A DNA stretch of 60,143 bases from Clostridia bacterium (GCA_017938885.1 JAGBAS010000022.1:1-60143); one strand, 5' to 3'; shown: positions 9,130-19,669, numbered from the stretch's first letter. Notes: generated from the letters alone by a model not told the origin. Translations and numbers: made by a program.

Positions 9130-12100
9130 ATGAAGCATTCTATTTTGTTCCGTTTTCTTCTTTTGACCCTGGCCGCCCTGTTTTGCTTATCCGGGTGTAT
9201 GGCGGTTCATAAGGATCCCATTCGCGTGCCTCCCGAGAGCGAGGCCGACGGTTCCGATACCGATATCTCCGCAGACAGCGGGACCGAGCCGGGAGAGCCC
9301 GAAACGACCGATCCGACGGAAGAGGAGTCCACAGGCGAGCCCTCAGAGCCCGATCCCCCTGAAGGGATCGCCGTCTATCCGTCTCCCATGGACGTACACC
9401 TCGACGAATCGGTCATGATCGAGCTTTCGACTCTTACCCCCGCCGAGGGCTCTGAGGGATACGAAGGACCGCTTAATCAGCTTGGATTCGCAGTTGCTGA
9501 GGGAGGCCTGCCTCTGAAAGTCACCCTGCGTGAGATGAGCGAGCTTTCCTATGGTGCTGACGAGGGCTACATCCTCAACGTCAATGCCGACGGTGTAACC
9601 ATCGAAGCGCAGACCGAACGCGGCGTGTTCTACGCTCTTACGACCCTGCAACAGCTCATGAAGAACGGGAAATGCCCGACCGTTCTGGTCAAGGACGCGC
9701 CCCGCAACCCCATACGCGGTGTCATCGAGGGATTCTACGGCACCGCCTGGACCCACGAGTACCGTAAGGATCTGTTCGTCTTCATGGGCGAAAACAAGAT
9801 GAACGCCTACATCTACGCGCCCAAGGATGACCCCAAGCACCGCGCGCAGTGGCGTTCTCTCTATACGGGAGCCGAGCTGGAGCGTATGACCGATCTCATC
9901 ACGACCGCCAAGGAGAATTACGTTAAGTTCGTGTACGCCATCTCTCCGGGCGGCGACGTCAACCTGGGAAGCGGCTACGAAGCCGATTTCCAAAAGCTTA
10001 TGGCCAAATGCGAGCAGATCTACGAGCTGGGATGCCGTGATTTCGCCATTTTCTTAGACGATATTCCTACCCTGGATGCCGAAGGGCACGCGAAGCTTCT
10101 AACCGACTTCCAGACCCGTTTTGTGGAGACCCACGAGGGTGTCAGCGATCTCATCGCCATCACCACCGAGTACGGCGATCCCTTCCTGACCGACTATACA
10201 GACAGGATCGCCCCCCTGATCCACAAGGATGTGGTGCTCATGTGGACGGGCCCCGGCGTGATTCCCGAGTCCATCACTAACCGGTCGCTTCAGCACATCC
10301 TCAAGACCTATGGCCGCAAGGTGCTCATCTGGTGGAACTATCCCGTCAACGATACTCTGGCCAATCATCTGTTCATGGGCCCCTGCGTGAATCTGGAGAC
10401 CACCCTGTATGAGTCCATCACGGGTCTGACTGCCAATCCCATGAACCAGGGCTATGCCTCCATGGTGCCCCTGTTCACCACGGGGGACTACCTCTGGAAT
10501 CCCGAAGCCTACGACAGCGAGGCCTCCCTCAAGGCGGCTTGTGAGGCGCTCATGCCCGATGCCCCCGAGGCGCTTCTCGACTTTATCTCCATGACCTGCG
10601 CGTCGGGCATCAATAAGAATACCGACAGCGTGGAGCTACAGGCACTTCTGACCGCCTTCCGAAAGGACGATTCCGCCGATAACATCCGGGCTTTGCAGGA
10701 CTTCTTTACACGCATGGTAGCAAACGCCGACGCCATCCTCGCCTCCGGGAACAAGGATATGGTGGCGGAGATCCGCGAGTGGGTGGAGAAGTACCGCGCT
10801 TACGGCGAGATGGGTGTCATCTACATGAAGATGGAGGCCGACTACTGCGACGGCAAGAGCCTGGACACCATGGTGCGCTCGCTGGGACAGTACAAGGTGA
10901 TTGAGAGAAGCATACGGAATAACCCCCGTCTCGTATCGGCCGAAGTGCTGACCACGTATTTCAGCACTCTGAACAACCGCTTCAGCATCCTTCTGGGGCA
11001 GATCGATGGCATAAGCTCCGCACCCGCCAAGCCCTACACCAACTGCAACGTCTATCAGAATTATCTCCCTGACTTCATGACCGACGGCGACGATTCCACC
11101 TACTTCTGGACCCACGGCGACCTCAATACCGCCGCAGGGAACAAGACAGGCTACCTCGGAGTGGATCTCAGCAGCGTCATTGACGTCGAAAACATCTACG
11201 TAGCCACGGGCGTGGGCGGCAGCGACGTGCTGAAACAAGGCATAGTGGAGTATTCTGCCGATGGCGAGAAATGGACGGTGCTCCACAGCGGCAACTGCGG
11301 CGACGAGCTGTTTTTGAAAGGGCTTACCGTCAAGGCGCGCTATGTTCGAATCAGAACAGGCGATCCCGCCGACACGAGCTGGGTCAAATGCCGCGCCTTT
11401 GAGGTCAATACCAACCGCACCGCAGCAGACGAAGGTGCCGTCGGTGCCCCCACTTTAAGCACAAGCCTGCCCACCTACTCCACCTACGGCCCCGATTTCA
11501 TGAGCGACAGCGATCCCAACACCTACTTCTGGTCCTCCCGAGGCGGGCAGAAGGGGGATTACTTCGAGATCGACCTCGGTGCCATCGTCTCGGTCTCCCG
11601 TATCACCTTCAAGTCGGGCGTGCCGGACCATGCCACTGACTACGTGCAGAGCGGCGAGCTGTGTTACTCAGATGACGGACAGATCTGGACGGTCATCACG
11701 ACCCTTAAGGATCGGGATACCGTAGCGGACGTGCATATCAAGGCGAGATACATCCGCGTGAATATCACCGCCGATCAGACCAGCTGGATCACAGTATCCG
11801 AGTTCTCCGCCGTCAGCGAGGATAACGTCTCCCCGCTTCTGAGACTGGACAGTGACTTTATTCCCCGTACCGAACTTCTGTCCCTGACCGACGGCCACTA
11901 CGTTACCTATTTTGCTCCCGAATGTGACCGAACGGACGAGCACTTCCTCGAAGTGACCTTCACCGAGAGCGGCCGCATGACTCTCATCATCTTGAACCAT
12001 CCCGATACAGGAATGAAGATCTCGGTGCACGACGCTTCGGGTGAGCACCTTTACTCCGCGTCGGTGGAAAACATCATGCATCTGGAGGCGCCGGAGGGAA

Positions 12101-12156
12101 GCACCGCGACCATTTATCTCGGTGATGGACTGATGATTGGCGAAATCGAGTGGTAA
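9130..12156 (+). CDS. GH84 beta-N-acetylglucosaminidase (O-GlcNAcase/NagJ-like) lipoprotein with two F5/8-type-C (CBM32) modules
   Basis: Lipobox LSGC. GH84 core (RGVIEGFYGTAW, KMNAYIYAPKDDP, catalytic DD in AIFLDDIP). Two discoidin-like modules are present (DGDDSTYFW...ARYVRIRT and DSDPNTYFW...ARYIRVNIT). Confidence 0.85.
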   Translation: MKHSILFRFLLLTLAALFCLSGCMAVHKDPIRVPPESEADGSDTDISADSGTEPGEPETTDPTEEESTGEPSEPDPPEGIAVYPSPMDVHLDESVMIELSTLTPAEGSEGYEGPLNQLGFAVAEGGLPLKVTLREMSELSYGADEGYILNVNADGVTIEAQTERGVFYALTTLQQLMKNGKCPTVLVKDAPRNPIRGVIEGFYGTAWTHEYRKDLFVFMGENKMNAYIYAPKDDPKHRAQWRSLYTGAELERMTDLITTAKENYVKFVYAISPGGDVNLGSGYEADFQKLMAKCEQIYELGCRDFAIFLDDIPTLDAEGHAKLLTDFQTRFVETHEGVSDLIAITTEYGDPFLTDYTDRIAPLIHKDVVLMWTGPGVIPESITNRSLQHILKTYGRKVLIWWNYPVNDTLANHLFMGPCVNLETTLYESITGLTANPMNQGYASMVPLFTTGDYLWNPEAYDSEASLKAACEALMPDAPEALLDFISMTCASGINKNTDSVELQALLTAFRKDDSADNIRALQDFFTRMVANADAILASGNKDMVAEIREWVEKYRAYGEMGVIYMKMEADYCDGKSLDTMVRSLGQYKVIERSIRNNPRLVSAEVLTTYFSTLNNRFSILLGQIDGISSAPAKPYTNCNVYQNYLPDFMTDGDDSTYFWTHGDLNTAAGNKTGYLGVDLSSVIDVENIYVATGVGGSDVLKQGIVEYSADGEKWTVLHSGNCGDELFLKGLTVKARYVRIRTGDPADTSWVKCRAFEVNTNRTAADEGAVGAPTLSTSLPTYSTYGPDFMSDSDPNTYFWSSRGGQKGDYFEIDLGAIVSVSRITFKSGVPDHATDYVQSGELCYSDDGQIWTVITTLKDRDTVADVHIKARYIRVNITADQTSWITVSEFSAVSEDNVSPLLRLDSDFIPRTELLSLTDGHYVTYFAPECDRTDEHFLEVTFTESGRMTLIILNHPDTGMKISVHDASGEHLYSASVENIMHLEAPEGSTATIYLGDGLMIGEIEW

Positions 12157-12174
12157 ACTGAAAGGAAATACAGT

Positions 12175-13344
12175 ATGAACAAGAATATTTACTGCGGTCG
12201 TGGGAACCGTATCCCCTATGCCGATTACATGGCCCTCATTAATTTGAGCTTTGGCTTCACCACACCCGAAACAGAGTTTCTGGGCCTTCTGCCCAAGTGC
12301 TATCGCGAGGAGTACCGCCCTCAGGATCAGAATTACGTGGTCACCGAGGACGGGGTGCTGACCGCCGCCGTGGGTGCCTACGACCATGAGATCGTTGTCT
12401 GCGGCCGCCGTCTCCCCTGTCGGGGCATCGGAAACGTGGCAGTCCACCCCGACCACCGCTCCAAGGGCTACATGAAGCTGGCCATGAACAAGTCGCTGGA
12501 GGATATGATCGCCGACGGCATCGTCCTCTCCACCCTTGGCGGCCGCCGTCAGCGTTACCAGTATTTCGGCTTCGATAAAGCAGGCCCCGCCTACTCTTTC
12601 AGCATCTCCCGCGACAATATCCGCCATACCTTCGGAGATTTTTCAGCTCCCTTCACCGCAAGGATCGTGGAGGATCCCACCGATTCCGTCCTGGATGATA
12701 TTCTCCGCATCACCGAAGGCAAGCCCTTCGCTCCCGTCCGTCCCCGCGAGACCTACCTGGATATTGCTAACACCTGGAAGGCCAAGCTCGTGGTTTTTCA
12801 TGACCCTGCCGAAGGCGACCGCTTTGCGGGCTACTGCATCATAGCCGGGGGCAATACCATGACAGAGCTCCGTACCGAACGCGTCGAGGATCTTACCAAG
12901 CTGCTCCGTACCGTTTTTGCCTCGCTGAACGAGGGCTTCTCGGTTCTGATCCCCGCCTATGAAACCGAATACCTGCGTATTCTGTCCCCCATCGCCGAGG
13001 GCATGAGTATTCAGTGCTCCATGATGTACAACGTTCTCCGCTATGAAGCCGCCATCGATGCTTTTCTGGCATTGAAGCTTACCTATGCAGATCTACCCGA
13101 CGGAGAGCTGACCCTCTTGATCCATGGCTTTGCCCGTGACGAGCGGCTCCGCATCACTGTAAAAGAAGGGAAGCATACTATTGAAAAGCTTTCGGAGGAT
13201 GCACCCGTCGAGATAGAGCTGACACACCTGCAAGCCACAGAACTGCTGTTCTCCCCCGTTTCGGGTCTGCGGGAAACCCAAAGCTACCTCGTGCGGAGTT
13301 GGTTCCCCCTGCCCATCTTCATGTACCACGCCGACGAGGTGTGA
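12175..13344 (+). CDS. Eis-like GNAT N-acetyltransferase with SCP2-like C-terminal domain
   Basis: Acetyl-CoA motif IGNVAVHPDHRSKGYMKLAM. The length and layout fit the Eis/COG4552 family. Confidence 0.7.
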   Translation: MNKNIYCGRGNRIPYADYMALINLSFGFTTPETEFLGLLPKCYREEYRPQDQNYVVTEDGVLTAAVGAYDHEIVVCGRRLPCRGIGNVAVHPDHRSKGYMKLAMNKSLEDMIADGIVLSTLGGRRQRYQYFGFDKAGPAYSFSISRDNIRHTFGDFSAPFTARIVEDPTDSVLDDILRITEGKPFAPVRPRETYLDIANTWKAKLVVFHDPAEGDRFAGYCIIAGGNTMTELRTERVEDLTKLLRTVFASLNEGFSVLIPAYETEYLRILSPIAEGMSIQCSMMYNVLRYEAAIDAFLALKLTYADLPDGELTLLIHGFARDERLRITVKEGKHTIEKLSEDAPVEIELTHLQATELLFSPVSGLRETQSYLVRSWFPLPIFMYHADEV

Positions 13345-13388
13345 TACGCCGGACATATTCGTATTTTAAAAAGGAGCCTGTTGATAAT

Positions 13389-14234
13389 ATGACAGTTGGA
13401 ATTATTGGCCTCGGTCTCATCGGAGCTTCTCTGGCCGCCGCGATTCACGAGAATACCTACGACGCCGTTCTTGGCCTGGACATCAATGAAAACACTATGC
13501 GCGCCGCCCTCGGACAGCGCACGATCGACGGATCCCTATCACAAGTGAATCTTGCTCTGTGCGATATGATCCTGATTGCCCTGTATCCCCGCGAGGCGGT
13601 CAAGGTGCTGGAGGAGATCGCGCCGTATGTGAAAAAGGGAACCATTGTTTTGGACTGTTGCGGAATCAAACGGCCGATCTGTGCAACGGGAAAGCGTCTG
13701 GCCGCGCAGTACGGCTTTACCTTCATCGGCGGCCATCCCATGGCGGGCCGTGAATGCTGGGGCTATGAATCGGCCAAGGCTGATCTATATAGGGGCGCAT
13801 CCATGATCCTGACTCCCGAGCCCGAGGAACCCAAAACCATCCTGGCTACGGTCAGCGAGTATTTTCTGTCATTGGGCTTTGGCCGCATTACCAAGGTCAC
13901 GGCCGAAGAACACGATGCCATCATCGCTTGCACCTCGCAGTTGGCGCACGTTCTCTCCTCCTCCTACATTCGAAGCGATAACGCGGCGCGTCATGAAGGA
14001 CTGTCTGCCGGCTCCTTCCGGGATATGACCCGCGTGGCTGCCTTGAACGAGCGTATGTGGAGTGAGATCTTCTTGGATAATAAGGACAACCTCCTGGCCG
14101 AGATCGATGGTCTCATCCGCCATCTACAGGACTATCGGGATGCCATCGCTAAGGACGACCGCGAGGCTCTTGACGAGATGATGCGGGATTCTACTCACAA
14201 GAGAGCCCTTTACTTCCACAACCAGATGATTTGA
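13389..14234 (+). CDS. tyrA: prephenate dehydrogenase
   Basis: Rossmann motif GIIGLGLIGASLA and GGHPMAG. The ATG at 13389 is preceded by AAAGGAG. The longer ORF from 13299 overlaps the previous gene. Confidence 0.85.
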   Translation: MTVGIIGLGLIGASLAAAIHENTYDAVLGLDINENTMRAALGQRTIDGSLSQVNLALCDMILIALYPREAVKVLEEIAPYVKKGTIVLDCCGIKRPICATGKRLAAQYGFTFIGGHPMAGRECWGYESAKADLYRGASMILTPEPEEPKTILATVSEYFLSLGFGRITKVTAEEHDAIIACTSQLAHVLSSSYIRSDNAARHEGLSAGSFRDMTRVAALNERMWSEIFLDNKDNLLAEIDGLIRHLQDYRDAIAKDDREALDEMMRDSTHKRALYFHNQMI

Positions 14235-14248
14235 TACGCATTTCCATC

Positions 14249-14285
14249 AAAAAAGGTGTCTCACGAACCATGAGACACCTTTTTT
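14249..14285. terminator. bidirectional intrinsic terminator between convergent tyrA and the amidase gene
   Basis: A-run, stem GGTGTCTCA (14255-14263) paired with TGAGACACC (14271-14279), then T-run. Confidence 0.6.
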
Positions 14286-14302
14286 AATCGGGGAAAAAGA
14301 GA

Positions 14303-15655
14303 TCAGTCGTTCTTGCGGTGCAGCACCCAAGCGCCACATAAGAGGAGCATACCAATAATGGGGGCAACGAAAGCACCCTTACAGCCTCCGCCTGTCTGTG
14401 TGCTATTCTCGGAAGACGTTTCGGAAGACGACTCGGTGAGAGCCTCCGTAAGGGGCTCGGTAGGTGCTTCGGTCGGTGCCTCGGTGATCCGCTCGGTCAC
14501 GATGACCTTGTACTCGCGGATGACGGCGGTGATATCCTCATCCAGCTTGACGATAAACTGCACCGTGTTTTCGCCGAGAGTCAGCTTTTCTGCGGGCAGA
14601 ACACCCATAAAGCGGGAACCGTTGGGTGCCTTCAGCGCGGCGATCGCATCCAGAACAGGCTGCTCAGCCTCCACAGTAAAGCTTTCGTCGGTGAATTCCT
14701 CGCCGTTGATAACGTAGGCGTACTGACAGCCTTCGGATTTGAAAGCGGCCCAGCCCCAATCCACCAAGCTGTGTACAGAGCCTTCCTCAAACTCGATCAC
14801 TTTGTCCGTCCAGGCGTCGAACTGACCGGGGGTAAAGGCCTGACCGATCTGTTCGCCTGCTTCATTCAAGAGCCGAAGCTCGTCGTTGGAGGCATGGATG
14901 AACTCGGTGGTGGGTGCTTCCTCCAAGCCGTAGTACTGAGCCAGACCGTTAGCGATGGCATAGCCTTGATTTTTTAGGCCTTCCTCGGTAGAGAAGTATT
15001 TGATATATTCGTCTCTATTGGTCAGAAATCCGGTCTCCACGATCATGACAACGGGCGTACCGTTGACCTTGCCGCGGTTGATGACGGTGAAGAAATCCGC
15101 CACAGAGCCGTCCTCGTACTTGCTATTGGTGGAATCCTTGGAGTAAACACGTCTCTTTGTGACACCGGTATCATTGACCAATCGGTCGAGAATGATGGTA
15201 GCGCACTCGGTAGAGGCTTTACCAATCTCGGGACGCCAGTTGTTGTTGGGAACGATGACCTCAGCACCATGGGCGGTGGCGGAGGCGGCGTTGTTGTGAA
15301 TGGAGATGATGGCGTCGGAATTCCAGGCCTTGGCCATGTCGGCGCGCTCGGCGAGAGCAGGGCTTTCTTCGTTTGTGGTGCGGGTCAAGTGGACCTCCAC
15401 ACCCTTGAACTGCTCCAGCCGCTCTTTGCAGTATTCAGAGATGGAAAGCGTATAGTACAGCTCGTTGACACCACCGAATTCCACGGCACCGTTGGTACCC
15501 GTATTACCGGGACCGTGTCCGGGATCCAGGGTAATGATGACGGTTCTTTCTTCCTCGGCTGCCACCGAAACGGCGGTGATGAGGCTGAGTCCTGAGAGTA
15601 GCACGAGAGCAGTCAGGATGGCAGATGTGATCTTGAAGATGCATGTCTTGTTCAT
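14303..15655 (-). CDS. N-acetylmuramoyl-L-alanine amidase (Amidase_3) with C-terminal membrane-anchor/sorting tail
   Basis: Signal peptide, the Amidase_3 block ITLDPGHG...ISIHNNA, a TEAP-repeat linker, and a GGGCKGA-TM-HRKND tail. The ATG at 15655 has a GAAAGG RBS. Confidence 0.85.
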   Translation of the reverse strand: MNKTCIFKITSAILTALVLLSGLSLITAVSVAAEEERTVIITLDPGHGPGNTGTNGAVEFGGVNELYYTLSISEYCKERLEQFKGVEVHLTRTTNEESPALAERADMAKAWNSDAIISIHNNAASATAHGAEVIVPNNNWRPEIGKASTECATIILDRLVNDTGVTKRRVYSKDSTNSKYEDGSVADFFTVINRGKVNGTPVVMIVETGFLTNRDEYIKYFSTEEGLKNQGYAIANGLAQYYGLEEAPTTEFIHASNDELRLLNEAGEQIGQAFTPGQFDAWTDKVIEFEEGSVHSLVDWGWAAFKSEGCQYAYVINGEEFTDESFTVEAEQPVLDAIAALKAPNGSRFMGVLPAEKLTLGENTVQFIVKLDEDITAVIREYKVIVTERITEAPTEAPTEPLTEALTESSSETSSENSTQTGGGCKGAFVAPIIGMLLLCGAWVLHRKND

Positions 15656-15699
15656 AGCGGATGCCTTTCTAAAAGTAGTAAAATGAACTTCCACGCTAT

Positions 15700-15728
15700 A
15701 TTATACCATATTTTTGAAAAAATGTCAA
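15700..15728 (-). promoter_or_regulatory. sigma-A-type promoter for the amidase gene
   Basis: Read on the minus strand: TTGACA (15728-15723), 17-nt spacer, TGgTATAAT (-10 at 15705-15700). Confidence 0.5.
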
Positions 15729-15874
15729 ATAAAATTTTCATGTTCCGCGATAGTTCCTATGAAAACCGTGTGAAAACACGGAACACTTGTGCAATAGTCC
15801 GAAAATCTCATGGCTTGCGAGAGTAAAACAGCCATGAAATGTAAGACAAACTGCTTCATTCCGCTTTCTCTCGG

Positions 15875-15904
15875 TTGACAAAACCGCATCGGATGTTGTA
15901 TAAT
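15875..15904 (+). promoter_or_regulatory. sigma-A-type promoter for the degV-family gene
   Basis: TTGACA (15875-15880), 18-nt spacer, TATAAT (15899-15904). Confidence 0.45.
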
Positions 15905-15950
15905 CAACAAGACGGCTTCGCCGTCAATACAACAAACGAGGTATACGAAC

Positions 15951-16775
15951 GTGAATATAAAGATCGTCCTGGACTCTGCCGCCGATCTGACAGCTATGGA
16001 GGGCATCGACATGGCCTATGCCCCTATGAAGATCTGTACCGCCGAGAGGGAATTCACCGATGATGATGGTATCAACCCCCGCGAGATGGTGGATTTCCTT
16101 TATTCCTATAAGGGACGCTCCTCCTCCTCCTGTCCCAGCCCGGAGGATTGGCTGACCGCCTTTGGAGACGCCGAGCAGATCGTCTGTATTACCATAACGG
16201 GAGGACTTTCGGGTAGCTACAACTCCGCACTCTCGGCAAAGGTCATCTATGAAGACGCTCACCCCGATCGCCACGTCCTGGTGATGGATTCCTTGACCGC
16301 AGGCCCCGAAATGGCTCTTATGGCCGAGCGAGTCCGTGACCTTGCGCTGGAAGGCAAGACCCCGGACGAGATCGAGGCCCATCTGAAAACCTACAAGACC
16401 GAGCTTTTGTTCGTTCTGGAGTCTCTGAAAAATTTTGCCAACAACGGACGTGTCAGCAAGACTGCCGCTGCGGCAGCGGGATTCTTGGGCATCCGCGCCG
16501 TAGGCCGTGCATCGGACGAGGGGACTCTGGAGGTGCTGTCCAAGGCCAGAGGGGAAGCCAAATCTTTGGACGCGGTCATGTCCTACCTGAAACAGTACGG
16601 TTACAAGGGCGGTAAGCTCTTCATTGACCACTGCTTCGCCGAGTCTGCCGTGGCAAAGCTGGTGGAGCGGATCAAGGCTGCGTATCCCCGCGTCAATGCC
16701 GTCATTAAGCCCACCCGAGGACTCTGTAGCTTCTACGCGGAAAAGGGAGGCTTTCTGATCGGCTTTGAAGTCTGA
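15951..16775 (+). CDS. DegV-family fatty-acid-binding protein
   Basis: 274 aa, GTG start. DegV hallmarks are present (IVLDSAADL, ITITGGLSGSYNSA). Confidence 0.85.
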   Translation: MNIKIVLDSAADLTAMEGIDMAYAPMKICTAEREFTDDDGINPREMVDFLYSYKGRSSSSCPSPEDWLTAFGDAEQIVCITITGGLSGSYNSALSAKVIYEDAHPDRHVLVMDSLTAGPEMALMAERVRDLALEGKTPDEIEAHLKTYKTELLFVLESLKNFANNGRVSKTAAAAAGFLGIRAVGRASDEGTLEVLSKARGEAKSLDAVMSYLKQYGYKGGKLFIDHCFAESAVAKLVERIKAAYPRVNAVIKPTRGLCSFYAEKGGFLIGFEV

Positions 16776-16830
16776 TCTGCTATAAAGAAGCTCCCGAAGC
16801 GGAAGGCCTCGGGAGGGAGCATTGTCAGAT

Positions 16831-17709
16831 TCACTTGTCGGATGAAACCTGCACAGAGGATTTGGACACAGCGCGGTATTCACTGACGTCCGTAATGGTT
16901 TCGCCGTCGATCTGAACGGCGGCAGGAGCGTCGAAGGTGACCTTAACGTCGTAGCCTGCCAGCACCGTCACCATCTTTGTATGCTTGACGTGCTCACCCT
17001 TGAAGATGGAGGGGAACACCATGAGGGTGTGCAGTCTGCCCGACCCGTGGAACACCAGCAACGAGAGCTTGCCGTCGGGAGAGGTACGATCCTGCTCAGG
17101 AGTCGCCATCATGCCGCCGCCGTAGAAGCGGCCTTTCATGGTGGGTGCCAACCAGACCTTTTTGAAGCGGTACTCCTTGCCGTCCACGGTAATGACGGCG
17201 TTCTTTGGCTTGTAGTGGAACAGAAGCCCCTTAATGGCGATGGAGGTGTAGTTGATTGCCTTGACCGACTTGGCCTTCAGCTCGTCTCCCACCTCACAGC
17301 AGTAGCCGTCGATGCCGTAGCCCACGTTGTTGAGGAAGCGGTAGGTCTTGCCCTTGACCTCGGCTTCGGGAAGATTCTGGATATACTTGGTGATGCAAAC
17401 AGGGGTTTCGTCGGGGGTCTTGCCCAGGTCGCGGAGGAAATCGTTGCCCGAGCCAACGGCCAGATACAGCACCTCGCAAGGGATTTCCAGCGCGGCTGTG
17501 TCGTTTACGAATCGGTTGAGAGTTCCGTCACCGCCGCAAATAATCAGGGTATCCTCGGAGGTCAATACCGAAAGGAACGCGGCGTAATCGGAGATCTCGG
17601 TGACGGGGCGGAGGACGGCTTGGGAAGCGGAGGCATCGGCCAGCTTTTCGGCGGCTTCCTTCGCGTTGCCGTTACCCGCAAGAGGATTGTACAGGATATA
17701 CTGCTTCAT
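16831..17709 (-). CDS. YegS/DagK-family lipid kinase
   Basis: NPLAGNGNA and ICGGDGTLN motifs. The ATG at 17709 is preferred over the longer ORF. Confidence 0.8.
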   Translation of the reverse strand: MKQYILYNPLAGNGNAKEAAEKLADASASQAVLRPVTEISDYAAFLSVLTSEDTLIICGGDGTLNRFVNDTAALEIPCEVLYLAVGSGNDFLRDLGKTPDETPVCITKYIQNLPEAEVKGKTYRFLNNVGYGIDGYCCEVGDELKAKSVKAINYTSIAIKGLLFHYKPKNAVITVDGKEYRFKKVWLAPTMKGRFYGGGMMATPEQDRTSPDGKLSLLVFHGSGRLHTLMVFPSIFKGEHVKHTKMVTVLAGYDVKVTFDAPAAVQIDGETITDVSEYRAVSKSSVQVSSDK

Positions 17710-17897
17710 GATGTCATTCTCCTTTCGCCCATGATGGCTCACGATCAAGATGATTGTAAACAAAAAAGCGAAACTGAAACGAAACTTTCCGACAAAATCG
17801 GTCAAAAAATATGAAAAATCTTACGTTTCCTCTTGTAACCTCATCCAAATTTGCTATAATGAATCATATACAAACCCACAATGGGAAAGGAGTCGTT

Positions 17898-18995
17898 ATG
17901 CATATCCGGAAATACCCCGAGACCATGACATCCCGCGAGCGGGTCATCCGTACCTTCCGGTTTGAACCCACCGACCGCGTCACCATCGGCTACGAAGCCA
18001 ACGGCGGCATCCATGCACGATTCTGCGAGGCACTGGGACTTCCCCCCACCGACTACGAAGGCCTTTTTCGCGCCTTGGGCGTAGACTATCGCTCCATTGG
18101 TGCGCCCTATATTGGCAAGCCTCTCCACCCCGTCCCCGAGAACCGTATGGTGGATCAGATGGAGGGCTGTATCATGCGTTGGGTCGCCCACGGTACGGGC
18201 GGCTACTGGGATTTCTGCGATTTCCCCCTACAGGATGCCGAGGACGAGGATTTTGATACATTTCCTGTCCCCAACCCCGATGATTTCGACTACGACGCCG
18301 CCCTCGCCGCCGCGAAAAGTTATAACGGTGAATTTGCTCTCTACGTGGGCAATGCAGGCGTGCCCGATATCATCAACTCCAACGGCCGCATTATGGGCAT
18401 GGAGGATGTCCTCTGTCACCTCGTGCTGGAGAATGAAGCCGCCCTTCGTTTCATCCGCCGCCGCGCCGACTTCCAGCTCCGTATGATGGAGCGCACTTTG
18501 GAAAAGTGTAAAGGCTACATCGATTTCGTATGGCTGGGCGAGGATCTGGGCACCCAGATCGCTCCCATGATCTCCCTGGAGCTCTACCGCAAGACCATCA
18601 AGCCCATCCATAAGCAGTTCATTGACCTTGCCTCCTCCTACGGGCTCCCCGCCATCATGCACTCCTGCGGCAGCAGCAGCTGGGTCTACGAGGATCTCAT
18701 TGAGATGGGACTGCGTGGCGTGGACACCCTCCAGCCCGAGGCCGTGAATATGTCCCCCGCCTACCTCACCGAGCATTTCGGCGGCCGCCTCAACTTCCGA
18801 GGCTGTATCTCCACCGCAGGCCCTCTCGCCTACGGCACCGCCGCCGAGACCGAGCAGGTCTGCAAGGACACCCTGGAGATTATGATGCCCCACAGAGGCT
18901 ACCACTTCGCCCCTACCCACGCCATTCAGGACAACACCCCCGTGGAGAATGTGGTGGCTATGTATAACGCCGCCCATAAGTACGGAAGATACTGA
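17898..18995 (+). CDS. uroporphyrinogen decarboxylase (URO-D) family protein, MtaA/CmuA-like
   Basis: 365 aa from the ATG at 17898 (RBS GGAAAGGAG). The N-terminus MTSRERV...F...DRV and the overall pattern are typical of URO-D-fold methyltransferase-like proteins. Confidence 0.7.
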   Translation: MHIRKYPETMTSRERVIRTFRFEPTDRVTIGYEANGGIHARFCEALGLPPTDYEGLFRALGVDYRSIGAPYIGKPLHPVPENRMVDQMEGCIMRWVAHGTGGYWDFCDFPLQDAEDEDFDTFPVPNPDDFDYDAALAAAKSYNGEFALYVGNAGVPDIINSNGRIMGMEDVLCHLVLENEAALRFIRRRADFQLRMMERTLEKCKGYIDFVWLGEDLGTQIAPMISLELYRKTIKPIHKQFIDLASSYGLPAIMHSCGSSSWVYEDLIEMGLRGVDTLQPEAVNMSPAYLTEHFGGRLNFRGCISTAGPLAYGTAAETEQVCKDTLEIMMPHRGYHFAPTHAIQDNTPVENVVAMYNAAHKYGRY

Positions 18996-19006
18996 AAGGA
19001 TATGAA

Positions 19007-19501
19007 ATGGATCTGACTCCATACTACGAAAGCTACGCGAACACCTACAGATTGGGTGTTTTCACCGTAATATTTGCTTTTATCGTTATAGGATTCTTAA
19101 TTATGAGAACCCTGCGGGATAAAAGTGAGAAATGCAGACCGGTATGGAGACGGGTCGTGTACTGCCTTGGGTATCTCCTCATATTTGCAAGCGTCCTTGG
19201 CCATCTCTTTTTCGGCGGAATGCTTGGCATGAAGCAGGACGTGGATGAGGGTACCATTTACGGCTACGAGGGTGAATTCGAGATCGTGGAGCTGAAACCG
19301 GGACTCTATAAAAAATCCGTATTCAGCATCAACGGCGAAGATATTTGTCTGAAATACTTTGACGGAGAAGGTGAATACGAGTACGATCCCGAGTCGATCC
19401 AACCGGGCACATATACGGGAAAGCTGGTCTACGGAAAGCATACGGCGGAAGTGATCTATGTAGAAATAATCCCTCCCCACGGAGATAACCACGACCCGTA
19501 A
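19007..19501 (+). CDS. hypothetical membrane protein (two predicted TM segments)
   Basis: 164-aa ORF with a GAAAGGA RBS, coupled 12 nt after the preceding gene. I recognise no family. Confidence 0.5.
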   Translation: MDLTPYYESYANTYRLGVFTVIFAFIVIGFLIMRTLRDKSEKCRPVWRRVVYCLGYLLIFASVLGHLFFGGMLGMKQDVDEGTIYGYEGEFEIVELKPGLYKKSVFSINGEDICLKYFDGEGEYEYDPESIQPGTYTGKLVYGKHTAEVIYVEIIPPHGDNHDP

Positions 19502-19533
19502 CAAGCGGTCAAGTCTACCGCTCCATCTCCCAC

Positions 19534-19562
19534 TTGACAAAACAATTCTTTTATGTTATAAT
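19534..19562 (+). promoter_or_regulatory. consensus sigma-A promoter inside the 19007-gene/pnuC intergenic region
   Basis: TTGACA (19534-19539), 17-nt spacer, TGtTATAAT (19554-19562). Confidence 0.6.
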
Positions 19563-19600
19563 ACCCCCAATATAATAACTGCCACCGGGTAGGAATGGAA

Positions 19601-19655
19601 GCATTCGTCCGCGTATCGTTAGGTCTTTGAAGATACGCGCACGGATGCTTTTTTT
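19601..19655 (+). terminator. intrinsic terminator ~40 nt downstream of the 19534 promoter (attenuator or sRNA 3' end)
   Basis: 17-bp stem, 19601-19617 paired with 19632-19648, with one C.C mismatch and one G.U pair. The loop is 14 nt and is followed by T7 (19649-19655). Confidence 0.65.
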
Positions 19656-19669
19656 GAAATGTTCAAATT

